A DNA stretch of 32,000 nucleotides from Aquifex aeolicus VF5 (GCF_000008625.1 NC_000918.1:570001-602000); one strand, 5' to 3'; positions 11,303 through 21,690 are shown, counted from the stretch's first letter. Program-made: numbers and translations. Notes: generated from the letters alone by a model not told the origin.

Positions 11303-13393
11303 TCAGTGGTAAAGCCTTTTACAAATTTTAACGCCTTCCACACTCTTTATTTTCTTCATTATCTTTTCCAAGTGTTCCTTATTTTTTACCTCAACGGTGA
11401 AGTCCATAACTGCTTTTCCTTCCCTCGTGTTTGTCATTGAACTCACTATGTTTGAACCGCTTTCCGAAATAACCTTGGTTATATCCGAGAGAAGACCTAT
11501 CCTGTCAGAGGCCACAACTCTTATATCGGTCTGGAAGTATCCCGAAGCCTGAAGTTGAACCTCTTTAACCTTTTCCGGATTTAATCTCAGTACGTTTTTT
11601 AGGTTTGAACAACTCTTCTCATGCAGGACTAAGCCCTTCGTTCTGGTGATTACTCCGAGGATCTCATCTCCCGGAATGGGTTTGCAACACTTTGCCACTT
11701 CGTGCTTTATATTGCTCAAATCTTCCAGAAATACCGTTGAACTTCCTCTCCTTTCCTCTTTTTCTTCCTTCTTCTTAGGAAAGATTAATTTTATGAGGTT
11801 TGCGGAAGATATCTTTCTCTTTCCTAGGGCAAGGAGGAGTTCCTCTTCGGTATCAAACCTCACTCTTTCCCTGATTTTGTTAATTAAGTCCTCGTGAGAA
11901 AGTCCGAGTTTTTCCCTTATCCTCTCTAAAATCCTCTTTCCTTCCGACAAGTACCTTTCCCTTTCCTGTTTCTTTAGGAATTGTTTTATCTTGTTCCTCG
12001 CCCTTGAGGTCTTTACAAAGGAAAGCCACTCGTAACTCGGGGATTTATTGGGATTCGTTATTATTTCTACAACGTCTCCGCTCTTTAACTCGTAATTTAA
12101 GGGAACAATCCTGCCGTTTGACTTCGCTCCCGCACAGTGGTTTCCGACCTCCGTGTGTATCTTGTAGGCCAAGTCCACAGGTGTTGACCCCTTAGGCAAA
12201 ACAACGAGGTCACCCTTAGGGGTAAAAACGAAAACCTCTTCAAAAAAGAGATTACTCTTCAGGTTTTCCAGAACTTCACTGGGATTTGTACTTCCCTGTA
12301 TGCTCTCAACGAGTTCTCTTAGCCAGGAGTAAACGCCGGCGTCGCTTGGATTTTTCCCTTCCTTGTAAGCCCAGTGGGAGGCTATACCTTTTTCCGCCCT
12401 CTCGTGCATCTCCCAAGTCCTTATCTGAAATTCAACCAGCTTTCCCTTATCCGCGATAACCGTTGTGTGGAGAGACTGGTAGAGGTTGGGCTTCGGTAGA
12501 GATATGTAGTCCTTAAACTTTCCCGGAACCGGTCTGAACAGGCTGTGGATTATTCCGAGAACCGTATAGCATTCTGGAACGGTATTGACTATTATCCTCA
12601 CGCCCAATATGTCGTGGACGTCCTCAAGTCTTATCCCCTTTCTCCTTGTTTTCTCCCATATACTGTAGTAGTGTTTTGAACGATACTTTATCTCAGCCTC
12701 TATTCCGTACTTCTCTAGTTCCTTTCTAACCTTTGGTATAACGTACTTCCTGAGATACTCCTCAAGGTTCTTCCTCGATTCCTTTACAAAGTTCCTTACC
12801 TTTTCGTATTCTTCTGGGTAGAGGTACTTAAAAGCCCAGTCTTCGAGCTCGTTTTTTATACTCCATACACCGAGCCTGTGAGCTAAGGGGGCGTAAATTT
12901 CCATAGTCTCCTTTGCTATTTTCTTTCTCTTTTCCTCTCTGAAAACCCATAAGGTCTTTACGTTATCAAGGCGATCTGAGAGCTTCAGAAGTATAACTCT
13001 CGGGTCTTCCGCTGTTGCCAAAATTAACTTTCTGTAGTTCTCAGCCTGTTCGGATTTGTACTTAATCTTTCCTATTTTCGTAACACCTTCCACGAGTTTT
13101 GCAACCCTTTCCCCGAATCTTTCCTTAATCTCTTCGTAAGTTGTGTCCGTGTCTTCTAACGTGTCGTGGAGAAGTGCGGCGATTATTGTTTCATGATCCA
13201 TCCCAAGTTCTGCCAGTTTGAGGGCTACGTTCAAAGGGTGTATTATGTAGGGCTCCCCCGTTTTCCTTTTTTGCTCTCCGTGCTTTTCCTTTGCAAATTC
13301 GTAGGCTCTTTGAATTTCTTCCGCGTGCTGGGGGTAATGGGAAAGGAGTTTTTCAAGATCTTCTTCAAGAGAAACTTCTCCCAATTTTGACAT
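11303..13393 (-). CDS. bifunctional (p)ppGpp synthetase/hydrolase (RelA/SpoT)
   Basis: HD hydrolase motif (AALLHDTLEDTDTTYEEI), synthetase region (YRSKHYYSIWEK.. DVHDILGVRIIV), TGS (VFTPKGDLVVLPKGSTPVDLAYKIHTEVG), C-terminal ACT. Confidence 0.95.
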   Translation of the reverse strand: MSKLGEVSLEEDLEKLLSHYPQHAEEIQRAYEFAKEKHGEQKRKTGEPYIIHPLNVALKLAELGMDHETIIAALLHDTLEDTDTTYEEIKERFGERVAKLVEGVTKIGKIKYKSEQAENYRKLILATAEDPRVILLKLSDRLDNVKTLWVFREEKRKKIAKETMEIYAPLAHRLGVWSIKNELEDWAFKYLYPEEYEKVRNFVKESRKNLEEYLRKYVIPKVRKELEKYGIEAEIKYRSKHYYSIWEKTRRKGIRLEDVHDILGVRIIVNTVPECYTVLGIIHSLFRPVPGKFKDYISLPKPNLYQSLHTTVIADKGKLVEFQIRTWEMHERAEKGIASHWAYKEGKNPSDAGVYSWLRELVESIQGSTNPSEVLENLKSNLFFEEVFVFTPKGDLVVLPKGSTPVDLAYKIHTEVGNHCAGAKSNGRIVPLNYELKSGDVVEIITNPNKSPSYEWLSFVKTSRARNKIKQFLKKQERERYLSEGKRILERIREKLGLSHEDLINKIRERVRFDTEEELLLALGKRKISSANLIKLIFPKKKEEKEERRGSSTVFLEDLSNIKHEVAKCCKPIPGDEILGVITRTKGLVLHEKSCSNLKNVLRLNPEKVKEVQLQASGYFQTDIRVVASDRIGLLSDITKVISESGSNIVSSMTNTREGKAVMDFTVEVKNKEHLEKIMKKIKSVEGVKICKRLYH

Positions 13394-13430
13394 CCCTAGT
13401 TTAATATAAATTCCTTAAAGGGGATTAGAA

Positions 13431-14456
13431 ATGATATTTGGGAGATTACTGAGAGGTTTTTCGAGCAACATAGGAATTGACCTTGGCACCGCAAACACGG
13501 CGGTTTTCGTTGAGGGTAAGGGGATCGTCCTATACGAGCCTTCAATAGTGGCAATAGACACAAAGAGTAAAAAAATTCTCGCGGTAGGGAAAGAAGCCAA
13601 AGAAATGGTAGGGAAAACCCCCGAAAACATACAGGCTATCCGTCCGCTCAGACACGGTGTGATATCCGATTTCGAAGTTACCCAAGCTATGCTAACTTAC
13701 TTCATCAAGAAGGTTCTCGGTAGGAGCATACTAAAACCGAAACCAATCACAGTAATAGGTGTTCCTACTGGAATAACGCCCGTTGAAAAGAGGGCAGTTG
13801 TGGACGCTGCAAAGAGTGCGGGAGCGAGGGAAGTGTACCTCGTAGCCGAGCCCATGGCCGCGGCCATCGGTGCAGGACTCCCCGTAGAAGAACCAATAGG
13901 AAACATGATAGTGGATATAGGTGGGGGAACCACGGATATAGCGGTTATATCCCTGGCCGGTATCGTTGTTTCAAACTCCCTGAGGGTTGCGGGAGATGAG
14001 ATGAACGAAGCCATAATCCAGTACATAAAGAGGAAACTGCACCTCCTTATAGGTGAACAGACCGCAGAAAGGATAAAGATAGAGCTGGGAAGTGCGATTA
14101 TGGAAGAAGAAGAAAGACAGATGGAGATAAGGGGAAGGGATATGACGGGACTCCCGAGAACGGAGACAATTACAAACCACATGGTAACGGAAGCGCTGGA
14201 GGAGACCGTGAACTCAATAGTGAACGCCGTAAGGACAACACTCGAGAAAACGCCTCCTGAGCTCGCCTCCGACATAGCCGAAAGGGGTATAGTTCTCGCC
14301 GGAGGAGGATCACTCCTCAGGAATCTGGACAAGAAGATAGAACAGGAAACGGGAATAAAGGCGAGGTACGCAGATGAACCACTCACTTCAGTTGCAAAAG
14401 GTCTCGGTATGGTTCTTGAAAATATAGACCTCATAAGGAGAATATCTATGGAATGA
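13431..14456 (+). CDS. mreB: rod shape-determining protein MreB
   Basis: SSNIGIDLGTANTAVFVEGKGIVLYEPSIVAIDT..., ADIAERGIVLAGGGSLLRNLD. Confidence 0.96.
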   Translation: MIFGRLLRGFSSNIGIDLGTANTAVFVEGKGIVLYEPSIVAIDTKSKKILAVGKEAKEMVGKTPENIQAIRPLRHGVISDFEVTQAMLTYFIKKVLGRSILKPKPITVIGVPTGITPVEKRAVVDAAKSAGAREVYLVAEPMAAAIGAGLPVEEPIGNMIVDIGGGTTDIAVISLAGIVVSNSLRVAGDEMNEAIIQYIKRKLHLLIGEQTAERIKIELGSAIMEEEERQMEIRGRDMTGLPRTETITNHMVTEALEETVNSIVNAVRTTLEKTPPELASDIAERGIVLAGGGSLLRNLDKKIEQETGIKARYADEPLTSVAKGLGMVLENIDLIRRISME

Positions 14457-15247
14457 GTCTAAAAAAGCTCAACGTATACTTCTTTTTACTTTCTTCCTTG
14501 AGTCTTCTCCTGCTTTTGCTCCAAAACGTAAACAATCCCTTTACACAATTCATAAGAAACGGAGCTTTCATAGCGCTTTCTCCTATTTTGAAAGTTCAGG
14601 CGGAACTGGAAGAAGAGGTAAGAAAGGGAATAGAGTTCCTTAAGGATTTAAAGGAGGAGAGTAGATTAATAACGAAGTACAACAAGCTCAAGGAGGAGAT
14701 TTTAATATACAAGGAAAAGGTAAATTCCTACGAGAAAATGCTCCAAAAGCTTGAGAAGGATCTGGACTTTAATTTCCCGACACGGGCTGATTACGTAATT
14801 TCCAAGATAATTTTTTACGATACTTCTGGAAAGGATCTCTTCTTCATAATAAGGGACGGCCAGAATAAGGGTATAAAAAAGGGGGATTTAGTTGTGGCGA
14901 GGGGAGGGGTAGTCGGCGTGGTTGACGAAGTTTACTACTCAACGAGTAAAGTGATTTCCCTTTTCAACGAGAACACTTATCTGCTTGCCACGGTGAACAA
15001 TTCTGACAAAGTCTACGTTTACCACGGAGGGTATCCCCACGGAGAACTCCTGTACGTTGACGTAAACGATACGGTAAACGAGGGGGATGTAGTTCTGTTT
15101 AAAGACCTAACCATGAAAGTTCCAGCTTATAAAATAGGGAGTGTGGTATACTCGGGCATAAGTGAAAACCCTTTCTTCAAGAAGGTGAAGGTAGAGCCTT
15201 ACGTTTCTCCCAGAGAAGTGGAGTTCGTGGTAGTTTTTAAAGAATGA
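14453..15247 (+). CDS. mreC: rod shape-determining protein MreC
   Basis: N-terminal TM, coiled coil, then DGQNKGIKKGDLVVARGGVVGVVDEVYYSTSKVISLFN; 4-nt ATGA overlap with mreB. Confidence 0.88.
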   Translation: MSLKKLNVYFFLLSSLSLLLLLLQNVNNPFTQFIRNGAFIALSPILKVQAELEEEVRKGIEFLKDLKEESRLITKYNKLKEEILIYKEKVNSYEKMLQKLEKDLDFNFPTRADYVISKIIFYDTSGKDLFFIIRDGQNKGIKKGDLVVARGGVVGVVDEVYYSTSKVISLFNENTYLLATVNNSDKVYVYHGGYPHGELLYVDVNDTVNEGDVVLFKDLTMKVPAYKIGSVVYSGISENPFFKKVKVEPYVSPREVEFVVVFKE

Positions 15248-15842
15248 GAAAGATAGTTGTTCTCTTCAGCGGAGGCGTGGAGAGCTCCGCCCTCCTTGCA
15301 CATTACCTCACGAGAAATTACTTGGTTTACCCCCTTTACGTGAGGTTCGGATACCCCTGGGAAAAGGAAGAAATAAAAAGGGCTAAAAAAGTATTTAACT
15401 TCTTTAAGTCCAAGTATCCAAACCTAATGCTTTTAGGTATAAGGAAGTTCAGGCGGTACTCAAAAGATTCAATAAAACTCCGAAGAGTGAAGAGGATTTA
15501 GAAATACCCATGAGAAACTTTATCCTTTGCACCGCGGGAGCACTTTACGGAGTCCCAAAAGGAATAAACACGTGTGCGATCGGGAGTTTGGGAATGTACC
15601 CATTTGAGGATAATAAAAAGGAGTTCTTTGAAAAATTATCCGAAACTATATCCATGAGCTTAGGTAAGGAGTTTTACATAGAAACTCCCTTTATGGGTAT
15701 GCACAAACACGAGGTAATAAAAAGATATGGAAAATTCATTCCCCTTGAACTTTCCCTTACGTGTATCAATCCCGTTAACGGAGAGCCATGCGGAAAGTGT
15801 ATAAAGTGCAAAGAGAGGGAAGAGGCCCTCAGTTTGCTCTAG
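15244..15842 (+). pseudogene. QueC-like PP-loop ATPase, interrupted by an apparent -1 frameshift near 15475-15480
   Basis: Two ORFs (15244..15501 and 15510..15842) are consecutive parts of one QueC-like protein. They are MRKIVVLFSGGVESSALLAHYL... in one frame and, after the AAAA run, KTPKSEEDLEIPMRNFILCTAGALYGV...CINPVNGEPCGKCIKCKEREEAL in another. No stop precedes the junction in the downstream frame. Confidence 0.75.
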
Positions 15843-16056
15843 CCTTCATGTACTCCTGTATCTTTTGTTCTATTAGGTCCTTATAGTAAAGCTTTTCCTT
15901 CTTGAGTTTTTCTATTTCGAGTTCAAGGTCGTGTGTCATGGGATGGTGCTTTTCAAGCTTTCTTATTTTTTTGTCAAGCTCCTCGTGCTTATCCTTCAAC
16001 TCTCTGAACTCTTTATCCTTTTCGTAGAGTTCCTTTACAATTTCTTCTCTCGTCAT
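15829..16056 (-). CDS. small coiled-coil protein, YdcH/DUF465-like
   Basis: 75 aa, highly charged heptad pattern, 'HHPMTHDLELEIEKLKKEKLYYKD' resembling DUF465 (IxxLKKEKLxLKD). Confidence 0.65.
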   Translation of the reverse strand: MTREEIVKELYEKDKEFRELKDKHEELDKKIRKLEKHHPMTHDLELEIEKLKKEKLYYKDLIEQKIQEYMKARAN

Positions 16057-16080
16057 AGGTCACCTCCCTTAATTAAAAAG

Positions 16081-17379
16081 TTATTCCTCAGAGGAGAAAA
16101 TTAAATCCAGGGCCTCTGTGTCCCTTCCGGCGAGGTCGTAATCCGCAACCTGCGTTACCTTTACCTTGAGAATATCACCGCTCTTTAAATCTCTTGAACT
16201 CTCTACGTAAACGACACCGTCCACCTCGGGAGCCTGGAAGTAAGCCCTGCCTTTCGGAACGAAAGAGAACTCTTCCTCGTATCCGTCTATCAGCACCTCA
16301 ATTTCTTTCCCTAAAAACTCTTCATTTTTCTTCCTCGTGATTCCTCTCTGGATAGCCATAAGTTCTTCTCTCCTCTCTTCTTTCACCTCTCTTGGAATGG
16401 GATCTCCCAAGGGATAGGCGTGAGTTCCCTCTTCGGGAGAGTATGTAAAGACACCGAGCCAGTGGAAGTGCCCTTCCTCTACGAATTTCTTAAGTTCCTT
16501 GAAGTCTTCTTCGCTTTCTGTGGGAAATCCCACTATGAACGTCGTCCTGAATACGGCGTTTTCTATTTTCTTCCTTATATTTTCTATCAGGTTTCTCACA
16601 AACTTACCGTCGTAGCCCCTTCTCATGTCTTTCAGTACTCTGTCGCTCACGTGCTGGAGAGGTACGTCAAAGTACGGGAGAACCTTCTCAGAATTCGCTA
16701 CGTAATCTATTAAATCCTCGTGCACTTCCGTGGGGTAGAGGTAGAGGAGTCTTATCCACTTGATGCCTTCCACTTTTTCCAGTCCTTCAAGCAGTTCCAC
16801 GAGTTTGTACTCTTTGTAGAGATCCTTACCGTAGTATGTAGTGTCCTGAGAGACCACGCAGATTTCTTTTACTCCCTGATCCGCCAGGAATTTCGCCTCA
16901 TCCACTATTTCTTCAATCTTTCTTGAGCGGTGTCTTCCGCGGATCTTTGGAATGGCACAGAAGGAACAGAGCCTGTTGCACCCTTCCGCTATCTTCAGGT
17001 AAGCGTAAGAGCGTGGAGTGGAGAGAATTCTTTTAATTTCCTTTTTTTCCTTTAAACCCAAGTAATTGAGTATCTCGTTCCAGCTTTCCGTTCCGAAGTA
17101 GGCTTTAACTTCCGGGATTTCCTTCTCCAGTTCCTCCTTGTACCGTTCTACTAAACAGCCCATAACGATTACTTCCTTTCCACTCTCGGCAAACTCCAGT
17201 ATGGTTTCTATGCTTTCAAGTTTTGCAGGCTCTATAAAACCGCATGTGTTCACGATAATTACGTCCGCCTCTTCGGGATTCGGTGTTAGCTCTACTCCCG
17301 CCCCCTTGAGCTTTCCCAGGAGTATCTCACTGTCAACTAAGTTTTTCGCACACCCTAAACTAACTACTCCAATTTTCAT
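16081..17379 (-). CDS. rimO: ribosomal protein S12 methylthiotransferase RimO
   Basis: MKIGVVSLGCAKNLVDSEILLGKL..., NTCGFIEPAKLESIETI, radical-SAM CNRLCSFCAIPKIRGRHRSR, C-terminal TRAM-like region. Confidence 0.95.
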   Translation of the reverse strand: MKIGVVSLGCAKNLVDSEILLGKLKGAGVELTPNPEEADVIIVNTCGFIEPAKLESIETILEFAESGKEVIVMGCLVERYKEELEKEIPEVKAYFGTESWNEILNYLGLKEKKEIKRILSTPRSYAYLKIAEGCNRLCSFCAIPKIRGRHRSRKIEEIVDEAKFLADQGVKEICVVSQDTTYYGKDLYKEYKLVELLEGLEKVEGIKWIRLLYLYPTEVHEDLIDYVANSEKVLPYFDVPLQHVSDRVLKDMRRGYDGKFVRNLIENIRKKIENAVFRTTFIVGFPTESEEDFKELKKFVEEGHFHWLGVFTYSPEEGTHAYPLGDPIPREVKEERREELMAIQRGITRKKNEEFLGKEIEVLIDGYEEEFSFVPKGRAYFQAPEVDGVVYVESSRDLKSGDILKVKVTQVADYDLAGRDTEALDLIFSSEE

Positions 17380-17389
17380 AAAGAATATT

Positions 17390-17806
17390 TTAGGTTTTGG
17401 GCTCGTATGTGATAAGTAGAAGCTTAAACTCCTCGTCGGAGATCCATTTTCCGAGAACCTTTAACGTGCCTCTTTCAAGCTCAATTAAGTAAAGACTTTC
17501 CTCTTCCAGATTTTTGTACTCTTTATCCTTTGGCTTCTTTCCCGAGGTAAACTCGCATACTTTTATAAGCTTTTCTATAAAGCTGTCGCTCACGAATTCA
17601 AGGTAGGGTACTATTTCTAAAATCCTTTCTCTGCACCTTTTTGATAAAAAGATGTTCTCTACTTTTTGAAATATTTTCATTTCCTTTTCTTTCCTCTTAG
17701 CGTCCTGGTAAAGGATTATCAATGTTATTATTAAAGGATAAAGAAAAGTTAAAGAAAGCGTAAGTCCGAGAAGTATGTCTTCGAATCTCAGCTTTTTCAG
17801 AGCCAT
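17390..17806 (-). CDS. hypothetical protein with N-terminal transmembrane segment
   Basis: 138 aa. Hydrophobic N-terminus ILLGLTLSLTFLYPLIITLIILY; overlaps the 3' end of corA by a few nt. Confidence 0.6.
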   Translation of the reverse strand: MALKKLRFEDILLGLTLSLTFLYPLIITLIILYQDAKRKEKEMKIFQKVENIFLSKRCRERILEIVPYLEFVSDSFIEKLIKVCEFTSGKKPKDKEYKNLEEESLYLIELERGTLKVLGKWISDEEFKLLLITYEPKT

Positions 17807-18756
17807 CCCTTCCGCCTCACCCAGAAGAGGAGAACGAGCGTTACGAAAACCATTAAGAAGAGAGAGTAAGGGTATCCATACTTCCAGTGGAGTTCGGGCA
17901 TGTGCTTGAAGTTCATACCGAAAATGCTCGCTATTAGAGTGGCGGGAAGGAAGATCGTGGCAAGAACGGTAAACACCTTCACGGCTTCGTTCTGTCTTAT
18001 AGTTATAAGACCGAGAAGGGAGTTCTGTATACTGTCTATCTTTTCCATGTAAAAGGATGTGTACTCAAGTAGGGTTGTGAGATCTTCGTATATTATCCTA
18101 AGTTCTTTCTTTGTGTGGGCGTTTATTAGAGGACTTTTCAGGGCTTTTGTTATGATCCTTATCTTCTCATTTATGCTTTCCCTGAGTGTTATGTTGAGTT
18201 CGTCGTAAAAGGCGAGCTCTCTTATCATCTCTTCCGATTGTTCCACAAACATCTGTCTCCAGATGTCCTTAATCTTGTTTCCCAGAAGCTCCAGCCTGTC
18301 GCCTATTCTGTCAACTTCTATTCCGAGAATTTCGGCAAATAGGCTTTCGGGAAACTGGAAAAACTTCCTCTGAAAGTTAGTCCTGTTTTTAAAGATCATT
18401 ATTGAAGGTATGTCCCTGTAGCGAACGGTCACGAAGAACTTTTCCTTTATGTAGAAGACCACGGGTTCTACGAGTATTTCCTCCTTTTGGGGTATTACAA
18501 AGGAAAGTGTAACCTCCAGATAATCCTTATCTTCTATATACTTTGAACTTATCTCTATATCTCCGAGTATTTCCTTAGGGGGCATACTGAAGCCCGTTTG
18601 TTTTCTTAAGAACTCTATTTCCTCCTCGGTAGGATTGAAGAGGTCAAACCATATTACGTACTTTCCCTTGTACTCCTTTAACTTTTCTTCGTCTATTTCT
18701 TCAAATCCTTTGAATGTGTTTACGTACAGCTTTATCACACATTCATATTTTATCAA
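17797..18756 (-). CDS. corA: CorA family divalent cation transporter
   Basis: C-terminal two-TM region with IASIFGMNFKHMPELHWKYGYPYSL (GMN motif). Confidence 0.92.
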   Translation of the reverse strand: MIKYECVIKLYVNTFKGFEEIDEEKLKEYKGKYVIWFDLFNPTEEEIEFLRKQTGFSMPPKEILGDIEISSKYIEDKDYLEVTLSFVIPQKEEILVEPVVFYIKEKFFVTVRYRDIPSIMIFKNRTNFQRKFFQFPESLFAEILGIEVDRIGDRLELLGNKIKDIWRQMFVEQSEEMIRELAFYDELNITLRESINEKIRIITKALKSPLINAHTKKELRIIYEDLTTLLEYTSFYMEKIDSIQNSLLGLITIRQNEAVKVFTVLATIFLPATLIASIFGMNFKHMPELHWKYGYPYSLFLMVFVTLVLLFWVRRKGWL

Positions 18757-19717
18757 GCAGATCTTCTATGAGCCTTAGAGCGTGCAAAGAAGAGCTTTCC
18801 CTCGCTTTATTTTTCCACGCGATGTCGTAAGCGGTTCCGTGGTCAGGGGAAGTTCTTATAAAGGGCAGTCCAAGGGTAAAGTTTACACCCTCATCAAAGG
18901 CCAGCATTTTGAATGGAATAAGTCCCTGATCGTGGTACATACAAAGAAAAACGTCTTCCTCTGACGGATTTATAAAAGCAACGTCTGGAACTAAAGGGCC
19001 TACCACTTTGATGCCTTCCTTCTTTGCTTCCTCTACGGCGGGAATAATTTCCTCTATTTCCTCCCTCCCTAGTTCGCCCATTTCCCCTGCGTGGGGGTTA
19101 AGCCCCAGGACCTTTATAAGGGGTTCAAACTTAAACTTTTCTAAAAATTCTTTCCTTATCAGTCTTACCTTCTTCAGGATTTCCTCTTTCTTGACGTAAT
19201 TGGGGACGTCTTTTAATGGGATGTGCGTTGTCAGTAAAACCACCTTTAACTTCTCCGAATACATCATCATGGCGTAATCTTTGGTTCCGGAGGCTTTTGC
19301 TAAAAACTCGGTTTGCCCTTCGTACTGAAAGCCTGCCTTCTTTGCCCAGAACTTGTTTATGGGCATGGTCAAAATCCCGTGAATGTTTCCTCTGATGGCG
19401 TCTGCGACGGCTCTGGCAAGGTACGCAACTGCCGCCTTTCCCGAGGATACGGAAGGCTCAACCACTGGAACTTTCAGAACGTTTAAATCTATCAGGTAAA
19501 CCCCTCTCTCCTTTGCCTCTTCTACCTTTTCAATTTTTTTGTAGTTGAGTTTTATCCCTGTTAACTTGCTCGCTTCGAGAAGTGTTTTCTCCTCGCCGTA
19601 TATTACGTAAGTGAATTTTTCTTTAAAGTGTTTGGAAATTTTCAGTATAAGTTCAGGACCTATCCCGGCTGGATCACCGAGGGTTATTCCTATTTTCTTA
19701 TTCATAGTACTCAGCAC
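18743..19717 (-). CDS. pdxA: 4-hydroxythreonine-4-phosphate dehydrogenase
   Basis: KIGITLGDPAGIGPELILK, LTTHIPLKDVP, GLNPHAGEMGELGREE, MYHDQGLIPFKML, RTSPDHGTAYDIA. Confidence 0.96.
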   Translation of the reverse strand: MLSTMNKKIGITLGDPAGIGPELILKISKHFKEKFTYVIYGEEKTLLEASKLTGIKLNYKKIEKVEEAKERGVYLIDLNVLKVPVVEPSVSSGKAAVAYLARAVADAIRGNIHGILTMPINKFWAKKAGFQYEGQTEFLAKASGTKDYAMMMYSEKLKVVLLTTHIPLKDVPNYVKKEEILKKVRLIRKEFLEKFKFEPLIKVLGLNPHAGEMGELGREEIEEIIPAVEEAKKEGIKVVGPLVPDVAFINPSEEDVFLCMYHDQGLIPFKMLAFDEGVNFTLGLPFIRTSPDHGTAYDIAWKNKARESSSLHALRLIEDLLDKI

Positions 19718-20042
19718 CGCAGGTTTCCGTTTCCCATACCACTACTTTTACCAGGTTAGGGTACTTCTCCTTTACCTTTTTATACAACCCCTTTGCCACG
19801 TTTTCCGCACTCGGAGAAAAGTCAAAGACATCGTTCAGTAGGGTGTAATCGGGGAGGATATCCTTTAAAAAGTTGTCTATTTCTACAAAATCCACTCCCA
19901 TTCCGCCCTTATCAAGTTCTTCAGCCTTTATGAAAACTTCTACTGTCCACGTGTGTCCGTGAAGGGGTTCCGGCTTACCGTGGTAGTCGGTGAGAAAGTG
20001 GGCTGCATTGAACTTCCTCTTTACTCTGACTATCCAGGGCAT
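19698..20042 (-). CDS. 6-pyruvoyltetrahydropterin synthase / QueD family protein
   Basis: FNAAHFLTDYHGKPEPLHGHTWTVEV; MGVDFVEIDNFLKDIL; SAENVAKGLY; VWETETCGAEYYE. The ORF extends to 20066; the start was chosen at the internal MPWIV. Confidence 0.88.
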   Translation of the reverse strand: MPWIVRVKRKFNAAHFLTDYHGKPEPLHGHTWTVEVFIKAEELDKGGMGVDFVEIDNFLKDILPDYTLLNDVFDFSPSAENVAKGLYKKVKEKYPNLVKVVVWETETCGAEYYE

Positions 20043-20052
20043 GGAAAAGATT

Positions 20053-21686
20053 TTAAAGGTTTTCAAGCTTTTTCAGGAGTCTTTCCTTCTGTCCTCTTTC
20101 TCCCTGTTTTCCCTCTTCAAGGAGTTTAAGTGCTCTCTCGTAGTAATTCCTTGCCTCCTCCTTGTAGCCCATCTTTAGCAGGACGTCCCCTACGTGTTCG
20201 TTGACTACGGGGTCGTCGTAAGCTTCTCTCAGAGCTTTCAAGAGGTACTGCATAGCCCTTTCGTAATCTCCCTTTAGGTAGTAAACCCAACCCATGCTGT
20301 CTATGTAAGCTGGGTTTTCCGGATCCTTTTCCAGAGCTTTTTTAATGAGTTCTTCCGCTTCCTCCACCCTTTCCTTTCCGTACCAGAGAAGGAGTGAGTA
20401 GCCGAGGTAGTTGTAGTAATCTGGATTTTCGGGATCGAGTTCTATCGCTTTTCTCAGGGCTTTTTCCGCATTCTTTATATCACCGAGATTGTCGTAAACA
20501 ATGGCCTCCATGAAGTAAACGCGCGAATCGTTCGGATAATCCTTCTCCAGTTTTTTCAATATTTCCAGTGCTTTGTCATACTGCTTTGTCTTTGAGTAGT
20601 AATCCGCCTCTAGAAATAGTATTTCCTTTTTGTCGGGTGCGAGGACTTTAGCCTTTTCTATTAGCCTTTTTGCATCTTCGTAATTTCCTAAATCAAGGTA
20701 AATTCCTATTAATCTTTCTATTACCTTTATGTTTTCGGGAAATCTGTTCAGGAGGTTTTCGTATATCTCCTTAGCCTTTTTTAGTTCTCCGGTAGCTTCA
20801 AGGGTAAGGGCGTAGGCAAAGGCAACGTTGGGGTTGGAAGGGTTCACGTAGTAAAGTTCTTCTAATATCTTTTTCGCTTTATCAAACTCTCCCGTACTTA
20901 GTAAGAGGAGGGCGTACTCGGTTTTGTAATTTACGTTCCTTGGCTTTAAGTTTATCAGCTTTTCGTAAATCTTTATAGCTTCTTCTATCCTTCCCGAGGC
21001 CGTGTAGAGTTTTGCGAGCTTTTCCAGAATTTTGGGGCTGTTTGGGTACTTTTCAAGTACGCTTTTGTAGAGCTCTTCCGCTTCTTTGAACTTCTTTTCC
21101 TGAAGGTACAAGTTTCCGAGGGATAGCACAGCGGGTGCGTAATACTTTTTCTTTTCAAGGGCTTTTAAGAAGTACTCCATACCCTTTTGAATGTCTCCCT
21201 TTGCGAGGTATATCCTCCCGAGGAGGTAGTATGGGAGCGGATTGTCTGGGTCAGTTTCCATGTATTCTAATAGAACCTTCTCTGCTTCTCTCAATTTCCC
21301 TTTGTTTATGTATTCGTTTGCCAGAAAAAGTACTACGTTTTCGTTGAAAGGAAAGGACTTATAGGCTTCCTTTATGACTTCAAAAGCTTTTTTGTCTTCC
21401 TTTAAGAATTTGTATATGGTGTAGAGATATATGTAAGCTTGTGGCTCGTCTGGGTAGGTTTCCAGAAATTCCTTGGCAAGTTCCTTGGCTTTTTCGTACT
21501 CCTTGTTTCTCAAGAGCACCTTTATCGTGTCTTTGTAAAGTTCGGGAGATGGTATTTTTTCAAGGGCGGAAAGACAGTAGTTTTGGGCAATTTTGGGTTT
21601 ATCGGAGAGGTATGCACACATCAACGCGTCAAAGTAAGGGTTTGAAAAAGAAATACTGAATAGTGAAAAAGCCACTATCCACTTTC

Positions 21687-21690
<4 letters not shown>
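20053..21690 (-). CDS. tetratricopeptide-repeat protein, probably exported
   Basis: 545 aa. Many TPR units (e.g. DNPLPYYLLGRIYLAKGDIQKGMEYFLKALE, NPDYYNYLGYSLL.., NPAYIDSMGWVYYLKGDYERAMQYLLKAL); signal-like N-terminus MRKWIVAFSLFSISFS. Confidence 0.88.

Noticed and set aside
13697-14434. 245-aa minus-strand ORF
   Set aside because: It is antisense to mreB, whose plus-strand translation is unambiguous.
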